A stretch of 36,778 nt of DNA from a virus (IMGVR_UViG_3300033156_001223:105842-142619); one strand, 5' to 3'. Shown: positions 9,343 through 17,882, counted from the stretch's first letter. The notes: generated by a model from the letters alone, not told the origin. Numbers and translations are program-made.

Positions 9343-9876
9343 TTAAATTCTACAAAAACTAGGTAATCCGATTCGCTGGAACCAGGTTCTCTTCTGATGA
9401 GGCTTCCCCAATTCCCAAAAAGCAACAACTCTAGCGTCAGAAAACCCGGGGCTTGCCAAATCTCTAGAGCCCAAGGCTACTCCACTCACTTCTTCTACTT
9501 TATCTACTAACAAAACATCTCCTATCCTCTTAAATACTAACTCTGCCTCTAAACTACAAGTATCTAGCTTTTTTCTCCGAATCAAATCGCAAACTTCTGA
9601 ATCACTAATATGAGCCAGTATTAAGGCATTAAGACGATTATCAAACTCCTCTGCCCAGCTATTAACAACCTCTCCTACTTTCCGACGAGGAGAATTGTGA
9701 AAAAGATATACTGGCAAACCCGATTTAAATCCATTTATTAACTCTTCTATCTGATTACGCCCCCAGAATTTCCCTATCGTATGCCCGTTTATACCATCTA
9801 TAAAAATCTTTCCTCGACTGATCCCCTCATAGGCAACCAAAAGCTTTGCCAAAAAGGGGTAAGAACTTTTTTGCAT
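9343..9876 (-). CDS. Prohead (capsid maturation) protease-like protein
   Basis: GLPVYLFHN..KVGEVV..W (His), KKLDTCSLE (Ser), VSGVALGS..SPGF: layout of HK97/Mu-I/T4 gp21-type serine proteases; ATG 9876 with SD GGGGGGTG. Confidence 0.6.
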   Translation of the reverse strand: MQKSSYPFLAKLLVAYEGISRGKIFIDGINGHTIGKFWGRNQIEELINGFKSGLPVYLFHNSPRRKVGEVVNSWAEEFDNRLNALILAHISDSEVCDLIRRKKLDTCSLEAELVFKRIGDVLLVDKVEEVSGVALGSRDLASPGFSDARVVAFWELGKPHQKRTWFQRIGLPSFCRI

Positions 9877-10016
9877 GGCAAACACCCCCCTTCCTTAAAG
9901 AAATTATTTATTTCTCTCCATCAAAGAAAATAACTAGGGAAATTTACACACAAAGGTACAATCTGTTTACACTTTTTAATAAGTGATGACGTTTTTGTCC
10001 ATCTTAAAATGGAGGG

Positions 10017-10108
10017 CACCTAGTGGCGGAATTGGTAGACGCAATGGATTGGAAATCCATTGCGGGAATATCCCGCATGCGGGTTTGATTCCCACACCTA
10101 GGTGCCCA
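10017..10108 (+). tRNA. tRNA-Ser(GGA), class II, atypical or possibly degenerate
   Basis: Acceptor CACCTAG/CTAGGTG, D arm TGGCGGAATTGGTAGACGC, anticodon stem ATGGA/TCCAT with GGA at 10051-10053, long variable arm, T loop TTTGATT, encoded CCA 10106-10108. Confidence 0.75.
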
Positions 10109-10186
10109 ACTCTATCATTATATCTATTCTTTAGTAATATCTTCCAATGAAACGTGTGCATTAAGCAATTGTGCTACCTTCATATT

Positions 10187-10408
10187 TTAGAATCCAACTA
10201 GTGCTAAAAAGTAAGCAAATCCTATTAAAATGCCTAGAATTCCAAGGATCATTCCTGATAAAGAAAGACCTTTCTCTTCCCGAACCTGGGTAGCCAAAGC
10301 TATAGCTATAGCACCACTAGCCCAAGATATTAATGGAACATATAACCCAAAGAGAATTGAAACAATACCACAGACTAATGCTAAAGATGCCTTTCCCTTA
10401 CTACTCAT
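10187..10408 (-). CDS. Small two-TM membrane protein, DUF4190-like
   Basis: KASLALVCGIVSI..GAIAIALA..SGMILGILG pattern; start MSSKG at 10408 with SD GGAGGAG. Confidence 0.6.
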   Translation of the reverse strand: MSSKGKASLALVCGIVSILFGLYVPLISWASGAIAIALATQVREEKGLSLSGMILGILGILIGFAYFLALVGF

Positions 10409-10644
10409 CTTCTCCTCCTTCTGTTTTTTCGAGTCTGGAGAATTCTCTTCCCATCTGACATAAAGTCTTTTACACATCTGAGGCACAGATAAATTTTTTC
10501 ATCTTTCCGAGGCTTATGCCACGCAACTAGAAAAGGTACTGGTTCATCACAAATCCCACGTTTAGGATCATAGTTCCACTGAACCCACTGCTTTTCCAAG
10601 TAAGCCTCTGCTGGCTCACCACAATTCTTACATCGCTTCATCAC
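10405..10644 (-). CDS. Small Zn-finger protein
   Basis: CKNC..CLRC; ATGA overlaps with neighbours. Confidence 0.55.
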   Translation of the reverse strand: MMKRCKNCGEPAEAYLEKQWVQWNYDPKRGICDEPVPFLVAWHKPRKDEKIYLCLRCVKDFMSDGKRILQTRKNRRRRR

Positions 10645-11237
10645 AAGCCTCCCCCTCTTCGATATCGCAGATCATTTTCTCTTCTCTTTTCCCAATACTT
10701 GTCTGACCGATGAGTAACTCCAATTACCTTTCTTCTTAACCCAGCAGTACAATCACTAAGTACTATGTTAGTAGAAGCACCAACAATCTTCCTGTATTTA
10801 GCAATAGTAGAAGAAGACCATCCATACTTTTCTTGTAACTGACGATATGTTAGAGTATGAAGATCCATGATTTCTTCCCAACTCAAATTATTGCGGATCG
10901 AAGCATCACAAAAGTCTTGAACATAAGTCGTAGAATTTGGATCTATCCCTAAATACCTTTTCAGTTTTTTCACTACTCGTATAGGGACATCGTATTTCTC
11001 CGCAAATGCTCTTTCTGGTAAGAACAAGTCTGATACCATTTCAGGAGTGAGTGTAAACTGAGAAATATCTCTAACTTTTCGTGATTTCTGTCTTCTATGT
11101 TCTCCCCGCTCTGACTGCCTTTTATAATCTTTCTTCCATTTCCATGCCGTTTGTGGATGTACTCCATATTTAATAGCCAACTCCTCAGCTCCTAACTTTT
11201 CCAAATCCCTTTTTGATACTTTGTGCTTGATCATCAT
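10641..11237 (-). CDS. Putative DNA-binding protein with three HTH-like repeats
   Basis: LAIKYGVHPQTAWKWKK / FAEKYDVPIRVVKKLKRYLGI / LQEKYGWSSSTIAKYRKIVG. Confidence 0.6.
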   Translation of the reverse strand: MMIKHKVSKRDLEKLGAEELAIKYGVHPQTAWKWKKDYKRQSERGEHRRQKSRKVRDISQFTLTPEMVSDLFLPERAFAEKYDVPIRVVKKLKRYLGIDPNSTTYVQDFCDASIRNNLSWEEIMDLHTLTYRQLQEKYGWSSSTIAKYRKIVGASTNIVLSDCTAGLRRKVIGVTHRSDKYWEKRRENDLRYRRGGGL

Positions 11238-11614
11238 TCCCTCCTTTCCGATTTCCCATCTGTTTTGGGAGTAAATTTATCCAAATTATAATGGTACCAC
11301 TGACACATACCAAACATTACTCTTACTTCTTTTGGTACTTCCTCTTCCCCCTCCAAATTAACTAGCTCAACTCCCTGATAGTAATAATGCAATATTAACC
11401 AACTAGGGTAAGTCTTTACAGCATAAACCTCCCATGTATCCCGTTGTATATAGTCTACTTCAATTTTAGAATGCTCATTCAAATAATTGGTAATCTCTTC
11501 AAAAGAAACTGTTGGCTCACTATCATGCCACCAAATACTTACTAACTTAATTTTATCATCCTGAGTTGATAACCCCTCATGGTATCTTGCTAGAGATTCT
11601 TGTAGTGTTGGCAT
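11234..11614 (-). CDS. Hypothetical protein
   Basis: SD GGAGG; operon context. Confidence 0.6.
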   Translation of the reverse strand: MPTLQESLARYHEGLSTQDDKIKLVSIWWHDSEPTVSFEEITNYLNEHSKIEVDYIQRDTWEVYAVKTYPSWLILHYYYQGVELVNLEGEEEVPKEVRVMFGMCQWYHYNLDKFTPKTDGKSERRE

Positions 11615-11719
11615 TATATACCTCCTCCAAATCTCCGTTCTACCTACTTGATATTAGAATCTCCTCCCAATAATCCTTCCTGAAACTTTATTAAGGATTG
11701 CTCCAATTCAGTAGTCATG

Positions 11720-12277
11720 TTATCCCCCCTTCAACATCATTGAGATTCTCTTAATAACTTCTTCTTCATTTTCAAAACCCTTCTTTAATCTAAGAGTTTC
11801 ATATGCAAAGCCAAGACTGTCTAACAAATCATATAAACTGTCTATCCAACCATCATCATTGACATTCTCACGTCTGAGAACAAAAGTATACATTCTCTCG
11901 TTTAGTGAGAACAATTCTTCGCATTCCTTCTCTATTACACCTTCCCACAAATCGGGTGGCAGATAGGTCCTGCAATAGGCTATAATATCTAAGAAACTTC
12001 TATCACAAAATAGAATCTTTTTCTTATCAAGCCAGTATTTCCAAAAAAGTTTTGATGTCTTTAATAATAGTAATTCAAAAGCTAAGTAAAAATTGCGAAA
12101 GTTACTTTCTTCAAACAAATTTGCCCAATTTAAAAGATGTCCGTCTTCCAACATTCCCCGAGCAAATTCTCCAATAGGAACGATATCTGAGGAATCAAGT
12201 TGAAGACAGACTTTTTTCCAAATGGAAGTTTTCCCGACTCCATGATACCCGGACAAGACAAACACACTCTTCTGCAT
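11720..12277 (-). CDS. P-loop NTPase / nucleotide-kinase-like (AAA_28/NadR-like)
   Basis: VFVLSGYHGVGKTS; LFCDRSFLDIIAY. Confidence 0.75.
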   Translation of the reverse strand: MQKSVFVLSGYHGVGKTSIWKKVCLQLDSSDIVPIGEFARGMLEDGHLLNWANLFEESNFRNFYLAFELLLLKTSKLFWKYWLDKKKILFCDRSFLDIIAYCRTYLPPDLWEGVIEKECEELFSLNERMYTFVLRRENVNDDGWIDSLYDLLDSLGFAYETLRLKKGFENEEEVIKRISMMLKGG

Positions 12278-13078
12278 TTAATCCCTCCTCATCAATTTTT
12301 TCTTGTATCTTATTTGTATTGATTCCTTGCTAGGAAAAGAATATTCTTTTCCTTCCTTAAGACAACTCAGCCAATCTTCCACATCTTCAAGAATGATTTC
12401 ACAAAGAATAGGAGACCAAACTTCTTCATCTATCCCAAATTGCTCTTTATATTCATACTGCAAGTCCCAGCATTTATGCTTACTGGAAGCTCCAAAAGGA
12501 GGGCTTTCCATCTCGTACTTCCTTTTTAGAAACTCCATATAAAGTTTCTGGATTGGGCATTGATGGCAAGTAAGAAAAAATTTATCAAATCCACACCTTG
12601 GAGTTTCAAAATCATTTTCACTCTTTATTTTTCGCAATAGTTCCAATACCTCATCATAACTCACATATTTTATTTCAAATTCTTCATATGGCTCCTTCCA
12701 TACATAACAACGATCGTAGTATCTTTCACTTGGTTCTTCCTCAAGTATCTCTCCAGTTTCCTCATCTACTTCTTTCAATATAAATTCCTCTTCCAACTCA
12801 TCATCGTGATCTTCTTCAAGCATCCCCTTCCATAATTCTCCGTCGCGATGTAAGGCTCCAGTCAATCCCATGCAATATCCATTTCCCTCATAAGGAGACA
12901 AATAAACTTCTTTATCACACTTGTCGCAGCGTATTACTGTTACATAAACTACTGCTGAACTCTCATAAGTTGTGTTGATACCTGGGTGATCTATATTATT
13001 GATTAGACGTACAGGCTGGATAACATCACCTCCTAAAATTGCCTCCTCACCACAAGTTCGACAGAATATCTTTTTCAT
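12278..13078 (-). CDS. Acidic Cys-rich hypothetical protein
   Basis: CRTC, CDKC and CHQC pairs; long E/D-rich stretch. Confidence 0.6.
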   Translation of the reverse strand: MKKIFCRTCGEEAILGGDVIQPVRLINNIDHPGINTTYESSAVVYVTVIRCDKCDKEVYLSPYEGNGYCMGLTGALHRDGELWKGMLEEDHDDELEEEFILKEVDEETGEILEEEPSERYYDRCYVWKEPYEEFEIKYVSYDEVLELLRKIKSENDFETPRCGFDKFFLTCHQCPIQKLYMEFLKRKYEMESPPFGASSKHKCWDLQYEYKEQFGIDEEVWSPILCEIILEDVEDWLSCLKEGKEYSFPSKESIQIRYKKKLMRRD

Positions 13079-13104
13079 ATTCTTATCCTTCTTTTGCTTA
13101 AACG

Positions 13105-13278
13105 TTAATCCTGTTTCCCAACGAAGTTCTCCTCTACATACTTAAGTGCTTCATCAAAACTCGTAAACGTGTGTAAGTCTGGAGTCTCACCGTCATGAGC
13201 TATTAGCTGCCAATAGTATCCTTCATCAGCAAGTGGCATCCTCTGGATTTCTATTCGAGTAATTTCTTTCCTTCCCAT
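13105..13278 (-). CDS. 57-aa hypothetical protein (below ORF-track cutoff)
   Basis: SD GGAGGT then MGRKEITRIEIQRMPLADEGYYWQLIAHDGETPDLHTFTSFDEALKYVEENFVGKQD. Confidence 0.55.
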   Translation of the reverse strand: MGRKEITRIEIQRMPLADEGYYWQLIAHDGETPDLHTFTSFDEALKYVEENFVGKQD

Positions 13279-13561
13279 CTTTTACCTCCCTTAGCCATTT
13301 ACTTAGTCGCACATATCCCTCTATTGGCTCTGGTTCAGGTATTTCTATTCCTCTCTCTAAATATTCAGTGACCAAACGACAAAATCGGTGGGCAAGATCT
13401 ACTAATGCTTCTCTTACGGTATCTCCATCTCCGATACAAGTCCATTCCCCAAGTAGGGGGATTGACGCTTTCCAACCTCCTCCAAGCTCATCTGGTATTT
13501 GTTCGACCTTGATTCTCCAAGGAAGATTAAGATAATAATCAAGGTCTTTTTCCTTTCTCAC
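13226..13561 (-). CDS. hicB: HicB-family antitoxin-like protein (no adjacent HicA)
   Basis: YYLNLPWRIKVEQIPDELGGGWKASIPLLG..CIGDGDTVREAL..LERGIEIPEP matches the HicB N-terminal domain pattern. Confidence 0.8.
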   Translation of the reverse strand: MRKEKDLDYYLNLPWRIKVEQIPDELGGGWKASIPLLGEWTCIGDGDTVREALVDLAHRFCRLVTEYLERGIEIPEPEPIEGYVRLSKWLREVKDGKERNYSNRNPEDATC

Positions 13562-14030
13562 CTTTTCCCTCCTTTAATGAGTCTTGTAAGTGCTTAAATT
13601 TTCTTACACAACTCCAGCAAATAACCTTATTTTCTTTACCAATAAATCCTATCTTCACCCTCCTCCCACAAAACGTACATTTATGATCACCAATTACTTG
13701 AGTTATAGGAGTTTGTATTCTGAACAACTCAGTAACTTCAAGATCTTTATTATGGCAGAATGGGCAAACTGATACAGCAGCATGATTCATACTTTTGATC
13801 AAGGTCAAATGACCACATTTCTTACATTCAACCTGATACACTGTGTCGATTGAGGAATGACAATGAAGGACGACATGAAAGAAATCCTGACTCTCTACAT
13901 CTTGCACCCCAAGCAGAGTTAAGATGTCTTTTAGGCTATACAACTCTCCCGGTTGGAGACATTCCCTAATGACCTGCTCTACCTTCCTAATCCCTTCCGC
14001 AATAAACTTCTCAAAATCAATATCAAACAT
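13539..14030 (-). CDS. Multi-Zn-ribbon protein
   Basis: CKKC..CPFC and CTFC..CWSC. Confidence 0.6.
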   Translation of the reverse strand: MFDIDFEKFIAEGIRKVEQVIRECLQPGELYSLKDILTLLGVQDVESQDFFHVVLHCHSSIDTVYQVECKKCGHLTLIKSMNHAAVSVCPFCHNKDLEVTELFRIQTPITQVIGDHKCTFCGRRVKIGFIGKENKVICWSCVRKFKHLQDSLKEGKGEKGKRP

Positions 14031-14037
14031 CCATAAT

Positions 14038-14090
14038 ATTATAACAAAAAATTGCTATATGTTGACTCTTTAAATGAGAAAAGTTAAAAT
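14038..14090. promoter_or_regulatory. Divergent sigma70-type promoters, both giving near-leaderless mRNA
   Basis: Plus: TTGACT(14062-14067)-17-TAAAAT(14085-14090), 8 nt before ATG 14099. Minus: TGtTATAAT (14038-14046), 7 nt before ATG 14030. Confidence 0.7.
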
Positions 14091-14098
14091 TTTATCAG

Positions 14099-14932
14099 AT
14101 GCCAAAAGTTGAACAGGAAGCTGCTGCTCTTACTTATATTGACCCTACCACCTATCGTGCAAAAGCTCAAGGAATGGTGAGCGGAGTAGAGTACAATTGC
14201 ATACTATATCCATTCTTTTATGACCCATTCTCTGGAGCTACTATGGTCTATATGCCTACAGTAGGATCTGTAGGCTATATAACTGATATTCTAGGTGGAA
14301 AATATTTCATTCCCTCCATGATAGGAGGAAGAGACAAACCAACTGAAAATCTTCCTATGTTGCAACCTGGAGAAATAATTATTAAAGGGCCCAGTGGAGC
14401 ACAAATAAAGATTGCTATCGATAAAATTACAATTAGTGCCGGAATGGGGTTAGCTTCCCGTCAGTACATCGGCAATTCAGATTCAATTATGGATGTCTGC
14501 AGAAGGTACCTACTCAATAGTTCCGGAGTACAAATTACTGCTGGGCCTACTATCCCATCCCCTTCACCAGTCTCACCAACCAGGCTGAGTATTGAAGTGA
14601 AAGAAACCGGTGGTACCTCTTTACAACCACCGGATTTAGTAGTTCAAATGGGAACTACTACTTTATCTGGAGTAATTTTATTGATATCACATCTTGCCAG
14701 TATGACTATGATGCTTCTCAGAAAAACTGGAGAGCTTGAAATGAGGCTTTTGAAAATGACTATTGGTAATTCTGCTACTGCAAAAAGATTAGTTACAGAA
14801 AATTTTCTTAATGCATTCCTTAATCATACTCACCAAGATGCAGGAAAAATACAATTCGATCAACAACAATATTCTGACCTATTGGCAGGTATTTTCACTA
14901 ATTACATAACCTCTAAGCTTTGTAGTGAGTAA
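14099..14932 (+). CDS. Baseplate spike / gpV-Gp5-like protein
   Basis: N-terminal OB-fold-like segment (IDPTTYRAK..MVYMPTVGSVGYI), beta-rich middle, C-terminal LVTENFLNAFLNHTH with the HxH metal-binding tip motif of contractile-tail spikes. Confidence 0.65.
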   Translation: MPKVEQEAAALTYIDPTTYRAKAQGMVSGVEYNCILYPFFYDPFSGATMVYMPTVGSVGYITDILGGKYFIPSMIGGRDKPTENLPMLQPGEIIIKGPSGAQIKIAIDKITISAGMGLASRQYIGNSDSIMDVCRRYLLNSSGVQITAGPTIPSPSPVSPTRLSIEVKETGGTSLQPPDLVVQMGTTTLSGVILLISHLASMTMMLLRKTGELEMRLLKMTIGNSATAKRLVTENFLNAFLNHTHQDAGKIQFDQQQYSDLLAGIFTNYITSKLCSE

Positions 14933-14934
14933 AT

Positions 14935-15010
14935 TGGCTCCGGGCCGAGGGTTTGAACCTCAATTTCTGGGGTCAAAGCCCAGCGTCCTACCAAATTAGA
15001 CGAGCCCGGA
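14935..15010 (-). tRNA. tRNA-Gln(TTG)
   Basis: TCCGGGC/GCCCGGA acceptor, anticodon loop CTTTGAC, T loop TTCAAAC, encoded CCA; 76 nt. Confidence 0.93.
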
Positions 15011-15207
15011 ATTATTGGTTTCGTTTATCTACCATCTTACCAGTAACATATGTACCTGATGCTACTCCAGTAATGACCCCGAGTAGCGGCAGAAGTAAAG
15101 AATACAGGATGCAAGGGTAAGGATAAGAACTTCAAACATGGAAATAGTAAAAAAGAAGGCTTTTTTGGAGAGATTTCCTTGATTATCTTGGAGCAAGAAG
15201 ATCCAGT

Positions 15208-16659
15208 TTATTTTCCTATGTTTTTTTCTACGTGCCATCTTACAAATGCTGGTGCTCTTAATTTTCCTGGTTTGGAAGGATCCTCAGGATCAGGAAATAC
15301 TTCCAGACAAGAAATTTCTGCGATTTTTCCTTTATACTTATTCCAATTCTTGTAAATTTCCCTTCTCTGAGCATCAGTAAACCCAGTTCCTACATGAGTA
15401 ACCAATCTACCCCCTTCCGGGATTACTAATAATGCTCCGATAGCCTTTCCCTTTAGCCTACCTTTTCCTTCAGTATACCCAACCACTTTGCAGTCAATCG
15501 TAGGTCTAAACTTCACTTTAATAAATCTAGTAGGTAATCTTTCTGGATCATATAATACTACTCCTTCTTCGGTTAGTGGGTGTTTCTTCTCTTTGATTAA
15601 TTGATATATCTTTTCCTTTTGGGCAGGAGTTCTAGCTATTGGCATTAGTTTGATTTTTGGTATTTTCAGCTTTTTTACAATTTCCTTTAATAATTCATAT
15701 CTTTCCGAATAAGGAAGCTTATCTTCTACATCTTTTCCTTTATATCTTACTACATCAAAGATATAGTACTGGAAGTCGTAGCCTCTCTCTTTTTGAACTC
15801 TGCGGGCCTTCTCGGGAGAAGCATTCAGGATGCCGGAAATTATCCTAGCGGGTAAAAATTTTTTCTTCCCTCCTACTTTACGAAAACCAATTACTTCCCC
15901 TCTCAAGACCGTCCCAGCCAACTCCCTGGGAGGTTTTTTATAGGTAATCTGTGGGAATCTAGGAGTATACTCAATAGCACTTAATACTTCGTGTTCTGGA
16001 CGATGAGAAAACATCCTGAGTATCGGTTGCTTTGGTTCTATATGTAGAGTGGCAAAGGACCCATCTAATTTAGGCAGCAACCATTCTATTCCAGTAAACT
16101 GGATCTTATCTGGATCCCAGTTTACGAAACTAGGTTTTGCTGGTGGGATCTTTTTATCTCCATGCTTAGGAGTAGTGCACATTATAAGCCATTCTTTTCC
16201 TCTTATTTGCCTAAGTAGATATTCTCTTGGGAAGCGACGATGAAGAGTAACGAAACGAACCATATCAGGCCTTGCTTCCAACACTTCTATCCTACCTCTA
16301 TCCGCTTTCCTAACTGTCCCGGCTCCATATCCCGCCTTAATTTTTCCTGAAAAATCAAAGTAGTCTATGTCATGATCAAACGTACGGACAGCCAGTCTTT
16401 TCTGACCAGGATCTGGTAATCCCTTTCTTAATACCCATGAATATCCCTTGTTAGCTCTTAAATCTCCCAGCCTCAAGTCATAATGAGTGCCTCGTTTAGT
16501 AGTATGTTCGTGTAAGACATATTCCCACTCCTCTGGATTTTTAACTCTCCTGATCCTGGAAGTATTATCAGATGTGATTCCAATAGCCCTAGAAGCTATT
16601 TTTATAGGAAATTCCAGGGGACGGACACGGGCAATTCGCACCAAGCTACTGATCTCCAT
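15208..16659 (-). CDS. ATP-dependent DNA ligase fused to an N-terminal LigD-type 3'-phosphoesterase domain
   Basis: PE: HEH..HYDLRL..SWVL..KRLAV..DH..Y.DFSG..GYGAGTV..DRG. Ligase: KLDG, RGEV, YIFDV, EEGVV, FIKVK, VGTGFTD, LRAPAF. No primase-polymerase domain. Confidence 0.92.
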   Translation of the reverse strand: MEISSLVRIARVRPLEFPIKIASRAIGITSDNTSRIRRVKNPEEWEYVLHEHTTKRGTHYDLRLGDLRANKGYSWVLRKGLPDPGQKRLAVRTFDHDIDYFDFSGKIKAGYGAGTVRKADRGRIEVLEARPDMVRFVTLHRRFPREYLLRQIRGKEWLIMCTTPKHGDKKIPPAKPSFVNWDPDKIQFTGIEWLLPKLDGSFATLHIEPKQPILRMFSHRPEHEVLSAIEYTPRFPQITYKKPPRELAGTVLRGEVIGFRKVGGKKKFLPARIISGILNASPEKARRVQKERGYDFQYYIFDVVRYKGKDVEDKLPYSERYELLKEIVKKLKIPKIKLMPIARTPAQKEKIYQLIKEKKHPLTEEGVVLYDPERLPTRFIKVKFRPTIDCKVVGYTEGKGRLKGKAIGALLVIPEGGRLVTHVGTGFTDAQRREIYKNWNKYKGKIAEISCLEVFPDPEDPSKPGKLRAPAFVRWHVEKNIGK

Positions 16660-16665
16660 ATAATC

Positions 16666-16674
16666 AATATAACA
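16666..16674 (-). promoter_or_regulatory. Extended -10 promoter of ligase (likely leaderless)
   Basis: TGtTATATT, 6 nt before ATG 16659; no SD. Confidence 0.5.
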
Positions 16675-16696
16675 TTAAATTGAGTAGGAAGGGAGA

Positions 16697-16712
16697 TGTT
16701 CCACGTGAAACA
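16697..16712. promoter_or_regulatory. parS: parS centromere-like site (ParB/Spo0J binding)
   Basis: TGTTCCACGTGAAACA is an exact match to the consensus TGTTNCACGTGAAACA; intergenic. Confidence 0.85.
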
Positions 16713-16724
16713 TTTATTTATTGG

Positions 16725-16738
16725 TAAAGAGGCCCCGA
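16725..16738. repeat. 14-bp inverted repeat, left copy
   Basis: TAAAGAGGCCCCGA; exact reverse complement at 17295-17308. Confidence 0.8.
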
Positions 16739-16758
16739 CTTAGTCAAATCAACTTTCC

Positions 16759-17244
16759 TTACTTGTGCTCCACCCAAGGGCTCAAATGATGTATAGTCTT
16801 CCCTTCGTCGTTGCAAATAAACACATCATAAGTAGTTACAACTTTACCAGATTTACCATTGGATCGTTCATATTTCACCATATTTACAAACGCTTCGCCG
16901 GGTGGTAACTCGTCCCAAAAGTAATTAATTTCATCAGGAACTTCGCCGACCTGTTCTTTCAGCTCCTCTTCAACAGCATCCCAAATAGTTTCCCAGTCTG
17001 TCTTTTCATCCAGCTCCTCTTTATATTCCTTCATCACCTCAGACACTATCGCTTTCAGCTCTACTTTGAAAGCCCCTTCATCATCTTTTAACTTCTTGAA
17101 ATCCTTACTCTTTTTCTCAATGAGCTTAGAAAGCTTCCGCATCAGCTCCCTTTGGGTATCATCAGTCATCATTTGTTGGTAAAAGAGAGACGTTATTCCA
17201 TCAACCATAAATGTCCCTTCTGAAGTCTTGCAAAAAATTATCAT
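16759..17244 (-). CDS. Hypothetical protein enclosed by the 14-bp inverted repeats
   Basis: SD AAAGGAGGT; beta-rich ends (FCKTSEGTF.., VFICNDEGKTI) around an acidic helical middle. Confidence 0.65.
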   Translation of the reverse strand: MIIFCKTSEGTFMVDGITSLFYQQMMTDDTQRELMRKLSKLIEKKSKDFKKLKDDEGAFKVELKAIVSEVMKEYKEELDEKTDWETIWDAVEEELKEQVGEVPDEINYFWDELPPGEAFVNMVKYERSNGKSGKVVTTYDVFICNDEGKTIHHLSPWVEHK

Positions 17245-17264
17245 CTTTCTACCTCCTTTCTTAA

Positions 17265-17305
<41 letters not shown>

Positions 17306-17308
<3 letters not shown>

Positions 17309-17704
17309 ATAAGTAATGGCACAAATATGTTCTCGAGACTTACATCTAACTGCTTCTTCTATCACAGTAGCTAAATACTCCTTGAAAGCAGTCTTTTCAG
17401 TAATCACTTGTGCCAATTTTTCTCCACATTCGTTGCATCTTATTACAATCTTAATGCTGCTTTCTCCTATAAGATTTATGTGTACTCGATATCCTTTTAC
17501 TACCTTCTCAACCAAGTAATATCCAGTACCACTACCAAAAACATTTTTCTTATGGACTTTCTCACCTAGCAATTTTTCTATACTTCTGCGAATCTGCTCT
17601 TTTTCTTGTTCTTCTTTCCTTAAAGCATTTTCAAACAGCTCTTTTAGCATTTGTGCATCCTCCTCCACAAGACCCTTTTGATGTCTACTCCTTTTCTCTT
17701 TCAT
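17306..17704 (-). CDS. Hypothetical protein (coiled N-terminus, CxxC)
   Basis: Operon context. Confidence 0.55.
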
Positions 17705-17882
17705 TCTTAATTACTGCTCCACATACACCACAGGTCTGATATTTTCCGTCAGAGCTACTTACAATAACCCAACCATGTTTACCAACTAGACACAGAATTC
17801 TTCCGAGCAGCATGAAGATCGGCTGAAACCTCCAGCCAGCAAGACGCCCATCCCAAATGTACCTTCTAATAAACGTTCTCAT
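17685..17882 (-). CDS. Small hypothetical protein
   Basis: LCLVGKH..W..CGVCG phage-type Zn motif; SD GAGG. Confidence 0.5.
   Translation of the reverse strand: MRTFIRRYIWDGRLAGWRFQPIFMLLGRILCLVGKHGWVIVSSSDGKYQTCGVCGAVIKNEREKE

Noticed and set aside
9976-10161. 61-aa minus-strand ORF
   Set aside because: It spans the tRNA-Ser antisense, and the tRNA explains the sequence
13105-13278. Candidate HicA toxin next to hicB
   Set aside because: Acidic and lacking the basic N-helix and G-S-H signature; kept as hypothetical
15011-15207. Possible read-through extension or small membrane ORF after the ligase stop
   Set aside because: Two in-frame stops and no start or SD for the hydrophobic segment LLLPLLGVITGVASG; unsupported
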